This document shows positions 59,713-64,000 of a stretch of DNA of 64,000 nt, piece by piece (position 1 is the first letter of the stretch; every line of letters begins with the position of its first letter). The position numbers and the translations under genes were made by a program. The notes under the pieces were generated by a model. That model worked only from the letters and a program-made list of their open reading frames with translations. It was not told the origin of the DNA and made no database searches. This DNA comes from Massalongia carnosa (lineage: Eukaryota), in the NCBI GenBank assembly GCA_965645245.1, contig OZ287076.1, positions 1,612,001 through 1,676,000 on the forward strand, read 5' to 3'.

Positions 59713-62415
59713 ATGAATACCGATAGCGAAAATGCCGGTCATTCCGAGGGTGGTATTGAGAGAAGGTTGGACGGGGAGGAGAACTTGGCGAGCGGCGCCT
59801 CCACTCAACGGTCAAGACAGGGTCTCGGGCCCCGCCCTTCGCCTGAGCCGACGGAGACTGGGAGGGGCTCTTCCGCCACAAGATTCCCGGTACGTCTGCC
59901 ACAGCCACAGGTATTGAGCCCAAATGAAATACCTCGATACCCGGAGTATCCACCTCAACCCAGCCGGGTGCCAATCCATCCGGTTGTCTCAACAAACCGT
60001 CCACCTCGACCGGCAATACGGACCCGTGACTTGGTCCCATTTTCGTCGCAACAAAGATCTCATCCACAAGGCCACTTTTCTGATCGGCAGATTACCCCTA
60101 GCCAAATACAAGGTCATCCACAAGGTAGAGGAATCCCGCCACAACGCCCTCCCAGACCGGCTTATGTACCTCCGCTTCACTCTTTGGATACCGCAGAGGA
60201 TCATTCCAGGCGATCTGAAAAAGTCCAAGGATCCTTACAACCAGGCGGGCTGCGGCATCATAAAGATGGCTCGCAGAATCCTCCAAACTTGGAACCTTCA
60301 GCCTACAGTCCCACTAGACCATCAACTTCCTCCGCCAACATACCTGATTTCCCTCTGCCTACCATAGCACCTTTGAACATCCAACAACCAAGACGGAGCC
60401 TTGGACCTCCTCCTTCTGCCAGAAAGGGATCCTCGACGTACTATCCGCAAAACTCTTTCGTCGCGCCTATACCAGAGGAAATGTCCGACGCCCACAGCTC
60501 ATACGCATCAAGCCATGTGATGCCGAATAGCTGGGGCGATGGTCCACTGGATTATTACATAGGCGGTGGCATTCAAGCAGAGGACGAACCAAATCCGAAA
60601 AGTCCTAGCACCGACGGCTCCCGGACGGCCGCTGGAGATCATGACGAATCGACAAAACTGGTGACGTCTTTGAGTACGGGCAAGCGGAAGCAAAAGAAAA
60701 GTTCGATGCAACTAGCTGGAAGCAGTCAACATGATCCTCCTAGGAAAGCTAAAAGACTTCATCCGAAAGCTCTTACTCCCGGAGCTCGCGCCAGCGTCGT
60801 AACCGAAGAGACGGATGACGGTAGCGACCATATGAGTGGAAAGATTCATCCCCTCGGTCTACTAACTCCACTTTCGTCCAATGCCTCGCCATTTCCATCT
60901 CCCTCTTCTCCGCTCCCTAGCCTTCCCTCGATACCTCCGTACTCTGGAGTACACAGCTCTGCAGACCCTCGAGTCCACCAAATCCTCGGAAATCTTGGAA
61001 AGGGAAGCGCGATCAATCCAGGCGACACCGGCTCCCCTTCAACCTCGACGGCATCTTCCAAGACTGAAAAGGCGGCCAAGCGTCCTCCACGGCTCAACTT
61101 GAGCGCGACGAAAGAGGAATCGAGGGCAAGCCAAGCGAGTCTTCCGGAGCTAATTCGGCGTGCCACCAGGCTTGCGTCCAATCTGGATCGAGCGAGAACC
61201 GCGAGCCGAGTAGGCTTAATGGACATGTTGGGTGGGAGTCCCAGATCATCGCTTCCGTCTCGATCCGGTTCCATCTCCGACATTCTGGCTGCCTTCCCAT
61301 CCCCGTCCATTGGAACACCCCCTTCGATGAAATGGCAGTCCTCAACGATGACCAAATCCTCGCTCAATAAAGGCCATGTCCCTCCAATGCCAGAACTCAA
61401 AAGTGAGGGGACTCTGGAAAAGCCCAAAGGCCGCAGATGCTGTGGCATGCCTGCTTGGGTGTTTCTCCTGCTGATGTGTATTCTACTCCTCCTTATTGCC
61501 GCCGCAGTCGTAATACCTATTACCTTGATAGTACTTCCTCGCCTACGTCATACCCCGCCCAGCCTCGCCAGCTGTAAACAAAAGGCCCTTTGCCAAAATG
61601 ACGGCACGCCTCTTGTGGTTGGAAAATCCTGTGGTTGCATCTGTGCCAACGGCTTCACGGGTAGCACCTGCACCACCGTCCCCGATCTAAGCTGTACCTT
61701 TTCCGATATCAAGGTTGGAGTGAGCAGAGCCGTGTATCAAAACGCCACGGTTGGTATTGGGGTTGCGCGTCTTTTCGTCTTCGCCAACTCCAGCTTTGGT
61801 ATTCCCCTCGACTCGACAAGATTGCTTTCGTTCTTCAGCTCTTCCAATCTTTCTTGTAGCGCGGAAACCGTCCTCATCTCGTTTGACGCGAAACCTTTAC
61901 GCCGAAGTCTTCCCATGCAGTTTGTGATGCCTAGCGTTGATCTAGTTGACGAACCGGAATCTTCACCACGGCCTTCCAAATCCATCAGACCTTTGAGCCC
62001 GCATCTTCTTCGGCGCGTGGACGCACCGGGGGCTGCCAGCTCCAACGGAATCATATTTGCCGCCCCACCAACCACCGTTGACACCGCTCCCAGCCCTCCT
62101 CAAGCCACACCCACCGCAGATATCATTGCGCCACTTCCATCGCCCCGCATAAACCCTTCGGCTCCGTCCAACACCAACGGTGTCCCTGCCAAAGCGACAG
62201 ATTTCGCCCGCGTGGCCGTTCTCTTCATCTTGCAAGAAAAAACCCTCAACACAGCCATTGCGGCCAACAAGAATCTGCAGGAAAAACTCGCCGACTCCAA
62301 AACTTGGAACACAAGCGCCGTGTTTGCTGGGGAGGCCGTCTTGGTCGATTTTGGGAAGTGGACCGTGGATCTAGGGAACGGAACGGTTTTTGGGGGAACG
62401 GCGGGCAACGGGTAG
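59713..62415 (+). CDS. Single-pass membrane protein: long disordered N-terminal region, TM helix, EGF-like Cys motif
   Basis: 900-aa intronless ORF; RRCCG + VFLLLMCILLLLIAAAVVIPITLIVL TM; CKQKALCQNDG...CGCICANGFTGSTC EGF-type pattern. Confidence 0.88.
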   Translation: MNTDSENAGHSEGGIERRLDGEENLASGASTQRSRQGLGPRPSPEPTETGRGSSATRFPVRLPQPQVLSPNEIPRYPEYPPQPSRVPIHPVVSTNRPPRPAIRTRDLVPFSSQQRSHPQGHFSDRQITPSQIQGHPQGRGIPPQRPPRPAYVPPLHSLDTAEDHSRRSEKVQGSLQPGGLRHHKDGSQNPPNLEPSAYSPTRPSTSSANIPDFPLPTIAPLNIQQPRRSLGPPPSARKGSSTYYPQNSFVAPIPEEMSDAHSSYASSHVMPNSWGDGPLDYYIGGGIQAEDEPNPKSPSTDGSRTAAGDHDESTKLVTSLSTGKRKQKKSSMQLAGSSQHDPPRKAKRLHPKALTPGARASVVTEETDDGSDHMSGKIHPLGLLTPLSSNASPFPSPSSPLPSLPSIPPYSGVHSSADPRVHQILGNLGKGSAINPGDTGSPSTSTASSKTEKAAKRPPRLNLSATKEESRASQASLPELIRRATRLASNLDRARTASRVGLMDMLGGSPRSSLPSRSGSISDILAAFPSPSIGTPPSMKWQSSTMTKSSLNKGHVPPMPELKSEGTLEKPKGRRCCGMPAWVFLLLMCILLLLIAAAVVIPITLIVLPRLRHTPPSLASCKQKALCQNDGTPLVVGKSCGCICANGFTGSTCTTVPDLSCTFSDIKVGVSRAVYQNATVGIGVARLFVFANSSFGIPLDSTRLLSFFSSSNLSCSAETVLISFDAKPLRRSLPMQFVMPSVDLVDEPESSPRPSKSIRPLSPHLLRRVDAPGAASSNGIIFAAPPTTVDTAPSPPQATPTADIIAPLPSPRINPSAPSNTNGVPAKATDFARVAVLFILQEKTLNTAIAANKNLQEKLADSKTWNTSAVFAGEAVLVDFGKWTVDLGNGTVFGGTAGNG

Positions 62416-62882
62416 CTGTCGGTGTGAGTACGTGTGATTCGCAATTTGATATTCTATATTTTGTATATGTGCCACGACGGATGAACTGGAGCTGGGGGGA
62501 TTTGCTGTATATAGACGGGTGTGTACGATTCACCAGGGGTAGACGAGACGAGGGACGTAAAAGAGATGGGTGGAGGTGATTCGGTATCTGTCATATCTAT
62601 ATCCTTGTTCTATTTATACTCCAGTTCTTCGTCCCGCAGCATAGCCGCCGCGTTTAGCGTTCAACTAGCATAGCGTAGTTAGTTAGGTATCCGTATCCTT
62701 GATGCGCAGGGCCCAAAACCGCTCGTTGTTTGTTATTCCCCCATTTTTTTGTCCCCAGTCTCCTGGTTTCTCTTTCCTCTATCTAATCGACTTTTAACAT
62801 GCTTGCTCTTATTTCATACTTGAGCAAACACCGCTTACATGATCTACGTTTCTTATCTTCTTTAATCTTGAGTTTCTAGCTT

Positions 62883-62912
62883 TAGCCCTAGCCCTAGCCC
62901 TAGCCCTAGCCC
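62883..62912. repeat. (TAGCCC)x5 microsatellite
   Basis: Directly visible. Confidence 0.85.
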
Positions 62913-64000
62913 TAATCCTCTCATACAGGTATTGTACACGTAATTAAATATAATCCATCCGTAAACGAGCCATCATATATCTTCAAATCATTGTAGCTGG
63001 TTTCTTTGCAAAACCATCACCCTAAGCCACCTCGTTACGCATACGTTAGTTACACAGCGTGTCCACGAGAAATCTCCTTGACCGCCTAACCACTGTCCTT
63101 CAAGTATCCCACATAACTACCTATCTATTGCCAGTGACGAGGAGGAGGTAGGGATACATGTAATGAGACGGTTAATCCAATCCGAAAACCATTTACCTAT
63201 CTGCCTATCTCTCTATTTATTTATTTCTCGTGCAGTGGACCCTTATTCGGTCTCATAATGAAGGGCTGCATGCATCATACCGAGCAAGCTGCAGGCTACC
63301 ATTGATTAAAACCAGCTAATTAGCAATTTCCTACATATTGGTATCCAGTAACAGGGCCTACCTTTCCCAGATGAGTGAATGCCAAACCCCCTGATCGGTC
63401 AGCCATATAAGAACTTTGCGGCAAGCTTCAACCATACCAGAAAACTTTGGATCATGTCCGCATAACGAAATGCGACTGTGCATCATCAACTCTTGCAGCC
63501 AATAGGTTTCCAACAAGTCAACTAATCCTGCCTCAAGATTCTATGGAAGAACTGCGGTTGGCTGCAAAGCTGTTTGATCTGATTCGGATCACGGCTAGGA
63601 TGAGAGGAACAATCCTTAGCCCTAAATCCTCTTCTTGATACTCTGGTCCTTATCCTTGTTGCATCATACATCCATCACCAAGCTAAAGTGCACTAGCTAT
63701 TCAACGCTAGATCTAACGAATAATGTGGTTTATGTGGGAATTTAAGGAAACTTATCTTCTCAGCTAGTGAGCATTGAGATCTCAACAGAGTTGACCATGC
63801 CACAACTGGATGTTGCGTCAGAAGATTCAGAAGCCCATGACTACCATTAATCTCAAATCCAAAGCTTAGAAGCCAGATTCAGAGCCTACACATCGCAACG
63901 TACATAAGTCTCGTTGCGTCTGTAAACCCCATGTCTCCAATATAGCCCATGTAGCCATTGAAATACTTACCAAAGGCCGCCGGACATACATCCCATATCT

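Noticed and set aside
62883..62915. Interstitial telomere
   Set aside because: Unit is CCCTAG, not CCCTAA, and there are only five copies; treated as a microsatellite.

Overview
Eukaryotic DNA from a filamentous ascomycete (short GT-AG introns with CTAAC/CTGAC branch sites, Pezizomycotina-type genes). No rRNA, tRNA or CRISPR was recognised. The left third is TE-rich. It holds a complete Ngaro-type (DIRS order) tyrosine-recombinase retrotransposon at 1007-5820 with A1-[gag-RT/RNaseH-YR]-B1-A2-B2 split direct repeats, an otubain deubiquitinase, an unusual spliced kinase-ankyrin-3xWW gene, a kinase pseudogene and a decayed Tc1 (DD34E) element. The last two are bracketed by a perfect 39-bp inverted repeat. 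The rest is mostly housekeeping genes (M20 amidohydrolase, CorA-like, VMA22, arb2, MRP2, SDR, SGNH/PC-esterase-like, IPI3, SER2, an EGF-motif membrane protein) plus a full-length hAT transposon with an 8-bp TSD. The most interesting signal is the apparent expression logic of the Ngaro element. gag and pol are in the same frame, separated by one UAG followed 2 nt later by an 18-bp stem (candidate programmed readthrough). The AUG-less recombinase ORF is preceded by a canonical 3' splice site that can join it in frame to the gag N-terminus. Gene identities come from motif recognition only; no database search was run.
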